Positions 37,752-47,600 of a stretch of DNA of 63,046 nt are shown here, in pieces. How positions within the stretch are numbered: position 1 is the first letter of the stretch; every line of letters starts with the position of its first letter. The translations under genes and the position numbers were made by a program. The notes below the pieces were generated by a model. The model saw nothing but the letters and a program-made list of their open reading frames with translations, was not told the origin of the DNA and ran no database searches. The DNA comes from a virus (taxonomy: Duplodnaviria > Caudoviricetes): positions 1 to 63,046 of the IMG/VR virus record IMGVR_UViG_3300020171_000006. One strand, 5' to 3'.

Positions 37752-39151
37752 AATTCAACAGCCTCTATTAAATATTGTTTTCCTCTCATTATCCCGGAAG
37801 CAGTAGGATACTCTATTTCTACTATTTTCTTTTCTATTATTTTAAAATTTGTATTTTCTGAAAATAGCACTTCCTTTTCAGCCTTCTTATAACCAGATAT
37901 ATAATCAACAGATACACCACTTTTTGAATTGATTTTAAATAGCACCTTATTACCAAATGATTTAGCAATATCCGAATCAGATGACCAAGATGAGGTTCCA
38001 CCCATTTTCACTATTGATCCATTTGGAAAAATTGCATCAACATCCTTTCCAAATGTTGTTATCCCACGAAAAACTTCACCATTATATTTAGGTGATTTTT
38101 TTATAAATTCCTCTATATTAGTAGCGTCTTGTTTTAATTTAACTTTATAACTTTCTTTATAATTCAATATTTCCGGTGCATTTCTTTGTAAACGCCTTAT
38201 ATCTGCAAAATCAGTTGTGGTATATGCTCTTACACTACCTATTATTTCATCTGCATGTTTATCTGTTATTTTTCCGCCAAAATCATTTATTAATATTTCT
38301 TTTACATCTTTTATATCTTTTTTTGGTAAATGACCCCTTGTAAGTCTTTCCGGTTTTTCTGAAGTAGGTGCAGTAACTTCTGGTCTCCTAATAACCGGAA
38401 TCAAAGCACATTTACAATTTACAGTATTCCATGCACTCCCTGCTCTATCACCTGGATATTGTAAACTCTCCCCATTCACTATAAATGATTCATCAATATC
38501 TACTATCTGCTCTACATGAAAACTTCTATGTGCTGTTCCCATTAAATATGGTGACCATCGTTTACCTTTTGCTACTGTGGATTGTTTATAACCTTCTAAT
38601 GCACCATTATTAAATGCTCTTGTAGTCTCAGTCTGAGAAATCCTTTTTGCTTGCCACATCTTTTGATACTGACCTTTTTCTTTTAATCTTGAAGCTATTG
38701 CAGCAACACTTTCCCCTGCCTGAGTACCAACCAGAAACTCTTTTCTCATATCATCAATGAATGATGCTGGAGCAGTAACCACCTCTTTCAATCCCTGTTC
38801 CCGTATTTCCCTTGATATTGTCTGAATACCAAGTGCCTCAACATCTGCATCGGTAATTATCTTTTCAGTAAGTATTGGTAATGGTTTCCCATAAGCAATC
38901 TCAGTTATTTCAAGCGCATACTTAAATCCAGTGCGACCCGCAAGTTCGATTGTCTTTCCAACTTTATTTTTAAATGCTATCAACTCATTAGTTTTCAATT
39001 TAAAACTGTTTTCACCTTTTCCACTATTAACATCAACAATGAGTCTATTTAGAATAGATGACAACTGGACATAGCAAGTACCATAGATTCTCTTTTCCTC
39101 TACTCTTCTTCGCTGTCCATAAGCCGCTGTCATTACCCTTGCTGACGCCAT
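37748..39151 (-). CDS. MuF/gp7 minor head protein fused to an ADP-ribosyltransferase domain
   Basis: RISQTET...YPGD...NCKC, then FRG / SSWS / EKE (R-S-E ART). Confidence 0.85.
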   Translation of the reverse strand: MASARVMTAAYGQRRRVEEKRIYGTCYVQLSSILNRLIVDVNSGKGENSFKLKTNELIAFKNKVGKTIELAGRTGFKYALEITEIAYGKPLPILTEKIITDADVEALGIQTISREIREQGLKEVVTAPASFIDDMRKEFLVGTQAGESVAAIASRLKEKGQYQKMWQAKRISQTETTRAFNNGALEGYKQSTVAKGKRWSPYLMGTAHRSFHVEQIVDIDESFIVNGESLQYPGDRAGSAWNTVNCKCALIPVIRRPEVTAPTSEKPERLTRGHLPKKDIKDVKEILINDFGGKITDKHADEIIGSVRAYTTTDFADIRRLQRNAPEILNYKESYKVKLKQDATNIEEFIKKSPKYNGEVFRGITTFGKDVDAIFPNGSIVKMGGTSSWSSDSDIAKSFGNKVLFKINSKSGVSVDYISGYKKAEKEVLFSENTNFKIIEKKIVEIEYPTASGIMRGKQYLIEAVEL

Positions 39152-39165
39152 TTTTACCTTACCCC

Positions 39166-39219
39166 TATACTTATACACCTCAAGATGAGATCATTGAAAT
39201 TTGAGCCATTCTAACCCCT
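39166..39219 (-). promoter_or_regulatory. 54-bp conserved motif, copy 1
   Basis: 46/54 identical to 52228-52281; both lie just upstream of minus-strand genes. Confidence 0.7.
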
Positions 39220-39316
39220 GGTATCCTAAGTTTTATTCAGGAGAGGCACCCAGCACTTCCCCGTTGATGAATGCCTCTCCCTTGGAAAGGAGGCCCGCTG
39301 TGCCGGAGCAGGAACC

Positions 39317-39595
39317 TCAAACATCATCATTATCTAATGCATCACGCATTCCGGCAACCAACTTGGCAAATTTCAACTGAAGTAAATCCTCCACGCGCTG
39401 TCCCGGCTTCTGACCAAATGTAGTAGTTAATTTAGAACCAATCCGCTTACCAACTTTAGCACCCATATCATACGCTTCAGTATCGGTTATCTGTTGATTT
39501 GCAATAGAAAGAACAGAATCAACAAGCAAATCTACCAGACGTTCTTTAATACCACCAGTGAAGAAGTTCATAATTGCTTTGAATGGATTAGTCAT
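39317..39595 (-). CDS. Hypothetical protein
   Basis: MTNPF start after the portal stop. Confidence 0.65.
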   Translation of the reverse strand: MTNPFKAIMNFFTGGIKERLVDLLVDSVLSIANQQITDTEAYDMGAKVGKRIGSKLTTTFGQKPGQRVEDLLQLKFAKLVAGMRDALDNDDV

Positions 39596-39596
39596 T

Positions 39597-41036
39597 TTAT
39601 ACTTCCTCTGCTTCAGGTTGAAATGATGGACTTGCACCTGCTGGAAATTTACCACTCTGAGAAGGTTGGAATCCGCCCGGGGGAGGGGGTCCTTCCTGCT
39701 CAGGAGGCATTTCCATAAATGCATCATCCAATGAAACTAAGTTTGCTGCTAATACTCTTTTACTACCAAATTTCTTTTTATCCTCACCCTCCATAGGATA
39801 ACCAAGTGCTGTAGCATACTCCCCTATTGTAATACCACCACGTTCAAGCATTCTGGATAAACGTTCTTCTCTCTCTTTCACTGTTTCTTCCAAAGCAGGA
39901 ATAATATCCATATCAAATCGGCAATAGTATTCTTTTCCAGATGCCTTATTATATGGTATGATGATATTCTTCTGAATTGTCCGTTCTATCTTCCTACACT
40001 TTGGAGGTAATGTAGTAGTCCAGAAAATTCTAATTTGCTCTTTTGCATTTGCATAATTTGCATATTCATAAATCCCAGCCATCGCGGGCGGAACTCCAAA
40101 TGCTCCAAAGATTCTTTCCCTAAGACTCTTTTCCATCTCTCTAAAATCCATATCCCTACGGGCTTCGGATAGAACTTCAACTTCCATACCTGATTCCATT
40201 AGAACCGGCAACCGTGCTTTTCTTGGACCACTGAATGCTTTTGACCATGCTGCCGCAAATGCCCGTTTAGATATTTCCTGAAGAGGTGGAATACCTTTGT
40301 TAATATCTGGATTATGTTTAATGATAAGATCAGGTCTGGCTTCATTCTCGAAAAATGTTTTATTATAGCCTTCCCGATACAATTCAGTAACAAGAGAAGT
40401 TGCTAATGCTTTTACCGTACCCTGCCCATATAGAGGATCGGTTGGATTGGTATATTTGAAATGCACAATCTTTTGTGGAGGAAATCTCTTTTTGAAAGCA
40501 TCGTTAACACTATACTCATAATACTTAATTCGTTCAGTAGTATCAGGTGCAATCTTAACATGATAAGGTTCAAGATTATGTAATTCTAACGGTAGTCCTT
40601 TTACCATTCCAAACTTTTCCCAGTAATTGTCCCCTGTAAGATCAAGAAACAATGCAGTCTGCTCAATTAAATCTGGACCAGATTGATATGAATTTGGTTC
40701 ATCAAATAAATCAAAAAGAATACCATCTTTTAAAATTTTATCTTCACCTTTCAACCTCTCATATAACCGAAATGGTGCAGTTGATATTGATGTTGAAATA
40801 ATCCATGCCGCTACATATACCCAGACTACTGTTGAGTATGTTTGCGCGAATGCCCTGTAATCCCCTGGTTGTGGTACAACTTCTAAACCATGCAGTAAAC
40901 TTGTTACTAAAGGCCATGCCTGAGATTGCTTCAATACCGCAAGTGAAAACTGCTCCTCTCCTGGGTATTCCGGTAATGGATTACAAAACCCTAAATTCTT
41001 TTGTATATCAAACAACGAAGCCATATCAATATCCAA
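39597..41036 (-). CDS. Portal protein (HK97 family)
   Basis: WVYVA, LTGDNYW, FFENEARP, AFGVPP, NYAN. Confidence 0.92.
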   Translation of the reverse strand: MDIDMASLFDIQKNLGFCNPLPEYPGEEQFSLAVLKQSQAWPLVTSLLHGLEVVPQPGDYRAFAQTYSTVVWVYVAAWIISTSISTAPFRLYERLKGEDKILKDGILFDLFDEPNSYQSGPDLIEQTALFLDLTGDNYWEKFGMVKGLPLELHNLEPYHVKIAPDTTERIKYYEYSVNDAFKKRFPPQKIVHFKYTNPTDPLYGQGTVKALATSLVTELYREGYNKTFFENEARPDLIIKHNPDINKGIPPLQEISKRAFAAAWSKAFSGPRKARLPVLMESGMEVEVLSEARRDMDFREMEKSLRERIFGAFGVPPAMAGIYEYANYANAKEQIRIFWTTTLPPKCRKIERTIQKNIIIPYNKASGKEYYCRFDMDIIPALEETVKEREERLSRMLERGGITIGEYATALGYPMEGEDKKKFGSKRVLAANLVSLDDAFMEMPPEQEGPPPPGGFQPSQSGKFPAGASPSFQPEAEEV

Positions 41037-41247
41037 TCTGATTTAATAGAACTGTTCCAGTTATAATTGCTCCTGCAATAGCAACGGTAAGAACAACAAT
41101 ACTGACAGTTCCGATAGCTATGTATTTAATAACTTTTCCTCTCCATATAGTAGGCTCCTTCTCTCCAGTGAAATAAGTAAATACCGAAAAGATTGCTAAC
41201 AAGAATACTGACAATACAAAAAAACCAATGAGTATTTGTGCTAACAT
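41026..41247 (-). CDS. 2-TM membrane protein
   Basis: Two hydrophobic helices. Confidence 0.65.
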   Translation of the reverse strand: MLAQILIGFFVLSVFLLAIFSVFTYFTGEKEPTIWRGKVIKYIAIGTVSIVVLTVAIAGAIITGTVLLNQIGY

Positions 41248-41257
41248 TAGAAACCTC

Positions 41258-41569
41258 CTACATCAAACGAAGTGCTATTCTTGGAGTTAATTGAGGAAAC
41301 CTTTCTCCAAACGGAACTTCATCAAAGTCCTTACTTGTATAAACCAATCCAAATCTTTCTTTATAATGATCATAAAATGTATCAACGCAAACAGCATCGG
41401 TCGGTAATCCTCTAACATTCAATTCTTTTCTACCATTCATAAAAAGATTGGAAAGCATTTCACGAGCCACATAAACTATCTTCCTTCTCCTGAAGACATC
41501 TGCATTGATTATTACATGACTTTTTTGTGGGCCATCAAAAATATCATTATCACTAATTCCTGGAATCAT
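41258..41569 (-). CDS. Hypothetical protein
   Basis: 103 aa, coupled to terL. Confidence 0.7.
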   Translation of the reverse strand: MIPGISDNDIFDGPQKSHVIINADVFRRRKIVYVAREMLSNLFMNGRKELNVRGLPTDAVCVDTFYDHYKERFGLVYTSKDFDEVPFGERFPQLTPRIALRLM

Positions 41570-43137
41570 TGAAGTCCTCCGTAGAAGAGGGGTTCACCTT
41601 CATGCAGACCTTCTCCGCCTGCCACCGTAACTACAGTATCCTTGTCTTCTTCAGCATCACTCTGTTTACCATCTTCAACCAAATAATCAGATAATGATGC
41701 AGTACCCGCTATAATAGAAAACATACCAGCCATTTTAAAACATCCACTCAAAGCATCTATCTGGTCCATATACGTTCCCTTGTCAAATTCAAGGGCTTCA
41801 TTTATTAAATCTTCATTCCAAGGTGCTCTGACAATATGCAGTTTACCAGTCTCACCTCTTGCAATTACCGGTAATGCCCGTATCCTTTTACTTGATGCTA
41901 CCGGTACTCCTATAATGCCAATAGAAACTAATTCAGGATCTGCCCAACATTCCTGCACCATGCCCTTTTGTGGGCCTTGCGATTCTATTCCTACCAGGTA
42001 TCCAATATTGCCAAACATCTTCTGTTCATGAATACAGGTCTCTTTAATAGTTCTTCGTACTTCCGGCCATGACTTTTTAATTTTTACTCGCGCATCAAGA
42101 TAAACATCTTCCCCATCCATAGTCATTCTAAACGATGCGGTAAAACTATCCTGATCAGATTCGGATGTTGCCAAGTCCCAGAACCGAACCCACGGCATAC
42201 CTTCAGGTGCCTTATCCACAATATCAAAATGAGTCTTTTTAAATAATGCGCCTTCAGATGGAACTGGATTCCCTTGATACATCGAACTCCAGTTATAACT
42301 TCCTACCGTATCTTTAATGTTTAGTAACTCTGCCTGCGGATACCGTGACGGCCATAGTGGAAATAATTTAGGTCTTTTCAACGGATCGACAGTCGGACCA
42401 TTACTAAATGCAGGTAAACAAATATATCTAAATCCTTCCTTATCTAAACTCATAAGAAAGTCAGCCAGATCACCTTTTACCCATCGTGTCATTACCAATA
42501 CTATAATTCCACCTTTATGTACTCGTGTCCGCAATGTTGACTTATACGTCTCTATAACAAAATCATTATAAAGTTTACTTTCTGCATCCCCTCTGTTCTT
42601 ATATGGATCATCAATAATTAACAAGTCTGCACCAACACCAGTCAGCCTACCCTCTAACCCAGATGCCACCATTCCACCTTTATGCGGTTTATCTAAATTC
42701 CATCTAAACCGTGCTTTACTATCCGGCGATAATGAAACCCCAGAAAAGATTGCCTGGTATTCGGGACTGTCGATAATATTTCTAATATCACGAGAGAATG
42801 ATTGTGCATGCTCATCACCATAAGCTGTCAGTATTGCGAAGTCGTTAGGGTTGTTTCCAATGTAGAATGCAGGAAAGAGTTTACTAATCTGCAAACTCTT
42901 TCCATGCTGTGGGGGTTCGTGAATGATAAGTCGTGTCCAACCAGCCTCTCGTGCCGCTGCCTTTTCCAAACATCCGGCTATATATGTATGATGAGGACTT
43001 ACTTCATAATTCGGCCAGCACGCTTGACTAAATGCCATAAGCTTCTTACTTCGAAGTTTATTGGCAACCCGCTCTGCCAACCCTTTACTCAAATCCCTAT
43101 CTTGTAATATATTCCTGATGTCCATTAACCTCACCAA
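41566..43137 (-). CDS. terL: Terminase large subunit
   Basis: PPQHGKS, LIIDDP, MTRW, FWDLA, DQID. Confidence 0.94.
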   Translation of the reverse strand: MVRLMDIRNILQDRDLSKGLAERVANKLRSKKLMAFSQACWPNYEVSPHHTYIAGCLEKAAAREAGWTRLIIHEPPQHGKSLQISKLFPAFYIGNNPNDFAILTAYGDEHAQSFSRDIRNIIDSPEYQAIFSGVSLSPDSKARFRWNLDKPHKGGMVASGLEGRLTGVGADLLIIDDPYKNRGDAESKLYNDFVIETYKSTLRTRVHKGGIIVLVMTRWVKGDLADFLMSLDKEGFRYICLPAFSNGPTVDPLKRPKLFPLWPSRYPQAELLNIKDTVGSYNWSSMYQGNPVPSEGALFKKTHFDIVDKAPEGMPWVRFWDLATSESDQDSFTASFRMTMDGEDVYLDARVKIKKSWPEVRRTIKETCIHEQKMFGNIGYLVGIESQGPQKGMVQECWADPELVSIGIIGVPVASSKRIRALPVIARGETGKLHIVRAPWNEDLINEALEFDKGTYMDQIDALSGCFKMAGMFSIIAGTASLSDYLVEDGKQSDAEEDKDTVVTVAGGEGLHEGEPLFYGGLQ

Positions 43138-43285
43138 TATCTATTACTACTTTTCCACTTCCATTGCAATTTATACATTTCATATATGGCAGCTTATTCA
43201 AGTCAACTATATATATGTTCTTTGGCAGATAATACGGTATTGCACCATTACCTAAACATTCTGGACATTCAACTATTGCTTTCAT
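43097..43285 (-). CDS. DnaJ-type CxxCxGxG Zn-finger peptide
   Basis: CPECLGNG, CINCNGSG. Confidence 0.7.
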   Translation of the reverse strand: MKAIVECPECLGNGAIPYYLPKNIYIVDLNKLPYMKCINCNGSGKVVIDIGEVNGHQEYITR

Positions 43286-43288
43286 TTA

Positions 43289-43537
43289 TTAACTCGTATA
43301 ACTAAATTTTATATCATTATCTAAAAATATAGTTCCTGTAGTATTAGGAGGAATCCAAGGTTGATATGGGGATATGCAAGGAACCTGTTTATACTCCTCA
43401 TAACCAGCAACAGTTATCCATCCCTTACCATCACAACCATGACATGCTTTCCAATCATCTGTTTCAAATACCTTATCCACCCCACGATGATTTAATCTTC
43501 CAATACCTTTACATACAGGACATTTTTCAGCATGCAT
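43289..43537 (-). CDS. DnaJ-type CxxCxGxG Zn-finger peptide
   Basis: CPVCKGIG, CHGCDGKG. Confidence 0.7.
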   Translation of the reverse strand: MHAEKCPVCKGIGRLNHRGVDKVFETDDWKACHGCDGKGWITVAGYEEYKQVPCISPYQPWIPPNTTGTIFLDNDIKFSYTS

Positions 43538-43717
43538 TTTGCTTTCCTCCTTAAAAATTCTAATTCAATGAAAAATTGATAAGTTTATAAATGAGGGTAT
43601 ATTGCAACTTTTCCTTTTCCTTTTGCTTTCAACAAGCCCTATCCCCTTATACTCTATATGATTTTCTAATGTCCGGTATTTATAATATTTCTAATGCAAT
43701 AGTTTCTAATGCCTACA

Positions 43718-44212
43718 TTACAATGTCTCTACTACCTCATACTCTGCTTCATTAGTATTGCATATCATTAGTAACTTTTCTAATTGTTCTGGTTGCAATT
43801 TATCTAAATACTTATCCAGTGCTTTATCTCTGTCTTCCTTATCTTGATCCTTTGCATAAACATCGAATACTTCTGCAATCATTTTACCTGCTACTAATTG
43901 TGCAGTGTTATCATCTACTTGCAATGTATCGGTAATCTGCCCCATGTGTGATGCAATCAAAGTCTTCTTTGCATTAGTTTTATTGATTAGAAACTGTGCA
44001 TACGAAGAGGCGTCAAAGCCCATTCTATATAGTTCTTCACGGATTTGAACCTTTACATTACCCTTGTTTAGCGCTTTATATATTTGTACTGCTCCACTAT
44101 TATCACTACTATGTGTACCTTCTAACTGTCCTGTCTTGGTTAAAGAGCCTGTTCTTATATAATTTTTAATTAACTTATTCTCTTTAGGGGTTATTTTTCT
44201 TTTGACAGCCAT
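43718..44212 (-). CDS. terS: Terminase small subunit (probable)
   Basis: ITPKENKLIKNYI..GSLTK N-terminal HTH-like segment; upstream of terL. Confidence 0.7.
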   Translation of the reverse strand: MAVKRKITPKENKLIKNYIRTGSLTKTGQLEGTHSSDNSGAVQIYKALNKGNVKVQIREELYRMGFDASSYAQFLINKTNAKKTLIASHMGQITDTLQVDDNTAQLVAGKMIAEVFDVYAKDQDKEDRDKALDKYLDKLQPEQLEKLLMICNTNEAEYEVVETL

Positions 44213-44305
44213 TGTGGATTATCTCTTTGTAATGGTACTGTACTTTGTAGTTAATGATATTATATAATGTTACGGTATATTTATAAATAATAAGATTTAT
44301 ATTAT

Positions 44306-44506
44306 TTAATAAGGGATTTTGCAGTATTGAAGTATCTTATCTCTGAATGCTGTTGCTATGCTTTGCTTTCTTATTAGTGCATTATAGAGTGAATCTTTAG
44401 AAATACCCATTGCTTCGGACATTATTCTGTATGATATTTTGGTTCTATTCATGAATCGGAGGACTTCGATGAATTGAGTGTCTGTAATTCTGACTCTGTT
44501 GAGCAT
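44306..44506 (-). CDS. HTH DNA-binding protein
   Basis: SYRIMSEAMGISKDSLYN. Confidence 0.65.
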   Translation of the reverse strand: MLNRVRITDTQFIEVLRFMNRTKISYRIMSEAMGISKDSLYNALIRKQSIATAFRDKILQYCKIPY

Positions 44507-44533
44507 GGTGGTTTTGCTGAGTGTTATGATTAA

Positions 44534-45496
44534 TTACTCCTTTTTAAATATTAGAATGTTTTGATGGGTTTTTCCGAGTTTCTTTCCTGCTTCAAATTGT
44601 TTACCTACTCGTATTGGCAAAGAACCTACTGCTGTTATTAAAATTGCATCGTTATAGAGACCAAGACCACATTCTTGAAATATCTTGATTGTATCGGCAA
44701 CGAAACCTTGATAAAAACCTGTTTTTAAGTCTCTAAAATCTCCTACAACGAAGCAAGCCATACATCCGGGTTTTAACTTCTTTGAACATTGAGAAATAAT
44801 AGATTTATATGCTTTTATAAAATCTTTATAATTCATTGTAGAAAGGTCAGCAGGATCATCAGAATAACGCTCAAGATTGCCGTAAGGAGGACAGGTAAAT
44901 ATAAAATCAGCTTTAGGAGCATTATTTAACTTTTCTAAAGCATCACCACAAACCCATTTAATAGGTGCTTCTGAACATATTTCAGCTTTTTGAGTTTCAT
45001 TAGCATCTATTTGTACTTGCTGAAGTTCTATCCCATAATATTTATAACTAAGAATACCTGCTATAATACCACGAACAGAACCTCCAGCGAAGGGGTCTAT
45101 AATCTGCCCACCTTCAGGGCAGAACCAATGATACATAAGTTCACAAAGGGTGGGGTCAAATATGGAAGTTCCTTGTGTATCAGTAGTTTTCCGTGTTCCT
45201 TCTTTTACCCTATAAGCATCAAAAGAAGCGGCTTTTCCTTTAAATGTTAAACCACCTTTTTCTTTTTGTTCCCTTGTCCAAGTTTCCTTATCCCCGATTG
45301 CAAAGACTTTGCAATCGCGTCCTATTTCACTCTTAATCCCCAATGAAATCCATGCTCTTTTTCGTCTTTGCCATGCCCCTTCCCTTGCATTTAATACTGA
45401 AAATGGAGGAAATTCAAACTTTTGAGCAAGAATGCCCTTTTGCTGAATTATTGCAGTATCAAGTAAATCTTTACCAAATAAACTAAATTTTTCCAT
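44534..45496 (-). CDS. Amino (N4/N6) DNA methyltransferase
   Basis: DPFAGGS motif I, TCPPY motif IV. Confidence 0.88.
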   Translation of the reverse strand: MEKFSLFGKDLLDTAIIQQKGILAQKFEFPPFSVLNAREGAWQRRKRAWISLGIKSEIGRDCKVFAIGDKETWTREQKEKGGLTFKGKAASFDAYRVKEGTRKTTDTQGTSIFDPTLCELMYHWFCPEGGQIIDPFAGGSVRGIIAGILSYKYYGIELQQVQIDANETQKAEICSEAPIKWVCGDALEKLNNAPKADFIFTCPPYGNLERYSDDPADLSTMNYKDFIKAYKSIISQCSKKLKPGCMACFVVGDFRDLKTGFYQGFVADTIKIFQECGLGLYNDAILITAVGSLPIRVGKQFEAGKKLGKTHQNILIFKKE

Positions 45497-45514
45497 AATT
45501 TACCTTCAATAATT

Positions 45515-46090
45515 TTAAACTTCCTTTTTTCTGAATCGTATACGTTGGACTTCTCGTTCCAGGTGTTCCATTTGTTTTGAAAGGTTTACAATAAACTCGA
45601 TGAGTTCTGCTTTTGTCTTTTTTTTCATTAATTTGTTATCTATAAGTGGTTCTGTAATGGGAGAAGCAGCTAATTCAAATGGAATATAGGCATCAACCTC
45701 TTTTCCAGCTTCTGTTTCGGTAAGGTAGTAGCAATTCTCAATATCATCTCTGAAAACCCTTAAAACAATACCTGAAGAACACATATGATAGCGTTCTGAG
45801 AGATACCGTATGATTGCAGCATCGGAATTATAATGTTTTCTTAAAAGAAGGTAAGAAAGACGTATTGATAAATACTCTAATTGTGTGGAAATGAGGTTTA
45901 CAGTTTTTGTACGTCTCTGGAGTCTCTGTAATTCACCAATAAGAAAATCAACATCTCTATCAAGTTCTAATATTTCCTTTTCTCGCTCTTTAGATCGTTT
46001 TTGAAAGTAAATATTACGTATTCTCTGGTTTGCGCCACGATGTTTAAATTGGTAATCACTGTAATCCTTCGTATTGCGTTCTATTGACAT
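45515..46090 (-). CDS. Hypothetical protein
   Basis: 191 aa ORF. Confidence 0.7.
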   Translation of the reverse strand: MSIERNTKDYSDYQFKHRGANQRIRNIYFQKRSKEREKEILELDRDVDFLIGELQRLQRRTKTVNLISTQLEYLSIRLSYLLLRKHYNSDAAIIRYLSERYHMCSSGIVLRVFRDDIENCYYLTETEAGKEVDAYIPFELAASPITEPLIDNKLMKKKTKAELIEFIVNLSKQMEHLEREVQRIRFRKKEV

Positions 46091-46235
46091 TCATTTTTCC
46101 TTTTTCTGTATTCCCTTTGAGATTCTGTGGAAGTTATTAATCTTCTTTTATCTTTTGCAAGAGCTATCCAATTATCCCTATCTTTTTTACTGAAGAAATA
46201 GCAAGGATGCTTGTCATTTTCTATCGCCCAGAATT

Positions 46236-47075
46236 TTAACATTTATCTAATTTCTTTAAAACCATTCCATAATTATTTACTCTATCCGGTATAATTAATC
46301 CAGGTTTTTTAATAAGTTTATTGTTCTTAAATGATCTATAATCTACTTGATGATGCCATCTATTAAATTTCCAAGTAACTTTTACTACATCAGGATGCTG
46401 GTCTCTTAATGACTCAGCAAATTTTAATCTATTATCTCCATCAATATAAACACTATTGGTATTCCCACCTTTCATCTGTAATGTTGATATTTTAAATTGA
46501 ATGAAAGCATAAAACATAATAGTACACCAGCCATCTTTTAAAACTCTTAAAGATAAATCGGTATCTTCATTATATCGTCCACGCCATCTATAAGGAATAT
46601 CATTTTTTATAAGAATACATGAATAAATTCTTGTATTTAAAAAAAATGCTGGATACCTATCTTCATTCATTAATGAAAAATACCAATATTGAGGGCCAGC
46701 TAATGCTACATTTTCATATCTATCTACAAAATCTTCCATACACTTTAAAATAGTACCAGATGTTACTAATATTTTACAATTATTATTAAATCTTAAAAAT
46801 CTTTTAATATTATCATCCATAATCCAGTGTCTTTCTGTACCTATACCTATTGAATATTCCCATACCCAATTTCGAGCTGGTATTGAGCCTTGCCCTAAAT
46901 TACTAAACGGTAATACTAATATCTTTTTAGAATCAATGACAGAAGCATACTGGTTATATTCTTGTGGTTCAATAACTATATGATAGGGAACATTCATCTT
47001 TTCAAGAGCTTTACTCGTTAATCTGCTCTCCCAGCGACCCTTTGAAATGATATAAATTGGATATTTCGGTTGCAT
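46236..47075 (-). CDS. TET-associated/GREB1-like glycosyltransferase (GT-A, DNA-base modifying family)
   Basis: YPIYIISKGR, ARNW, MDDN, NEDTD, MKGGNT. Confidence 0.8.
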   Translation of the reverse strand: MQPKYPIYIISKGRWESRLTSKALEKMNVPYHIVIEPQEYNQYASVIDSKKILVLPFSNLGQGSIPARNWVWEYSIGIGTERHWIMDDNIKRFLRFNNNCKILVTSGTILKCMEDFVDRYENVALAGPQYWYFSLMNEDRYPAFFLNTRIYSCILIKNDIPYRWRGRYNEDTDLSLRVLKDGWCTIMFYAFIQFKISTLQMKGGNTNSVYIDGDNRLKFAESLRDQHPDVVKVTWKFNRWHHQVDYRSFKNNKLIKKPGLIIPDRVNNYGMVLKKLDKC

Positions 47076-47077
47076 AA

Positions 47078-47356
47078 TTAGTCCTTTTCATCAATATATA
47101 TTTTATTTTTTAATACTCTTTTTACTATAGTCGGAAACCATATATATTTTATATTTGGCGTAATATTTTGATCTATTAATTCTGCAAATTTATCTACATC
47201 TTCATCATTTCTAAAGTGAATTACTATTTGTCTCTTCGATTTTAAATTTTTAAGTTTAAATTCTGGCATATCTTTCCATTCATCTTCCCAATTCTGATCT
47301 TCCCAAAATAAATCATCCATACCAGGAATAGCTATATGCTTTTTCCTTTTAATCAT
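47078..47356 (-). CDS. Small protein typically adjacent to TAGT genes
   Basis: EWKDMPEF...IHFRNDED..F...IWFP. Confidence 0.7.
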   Translation of the reverse strand: MIKRKKHIAIPGMDDLFWEDQNWEDEWKDMPEFKLKNLKSKRQIVIHFRNDEDVDKFAELIDQNITPNIKYIWFPTIVKRVLKNKIYIDEKD

Positions 47357-47585
47357 TAGCTTTTCCCCTCATATGTATTCTATCTGTAAATACCTCTAAT
47401 TCTACAATGCGTTCTTCAAGTAAAGTTACTCTTTGAAGAGCATGTAAAGCAATAGCTAATATTATTTGTTCTTCGGTTATGCTCTCTTCATTACCAGGAT
47501 TCATTATTGATTCAATTATGCCTTTGAGATGTTTGTCAGGAATTGGTCTTATTGTTTTTATCCAAGCCATAAAATCAGTATCCAT
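47349..47585 (-). CDS. Hypothetical protein
   Basis: 78 aa, coupled. Confidence 0.6.
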   Translation of the reverse strand: MDTDFMAWIKTIRPIPDKHLKGIIESIMNPGNEESITEEQIILAIALHALQRVTLLEERIVELEVFTDRIHMRGKAND

Positions 47586-47600
47586 TTCATTCCTCTTTAC

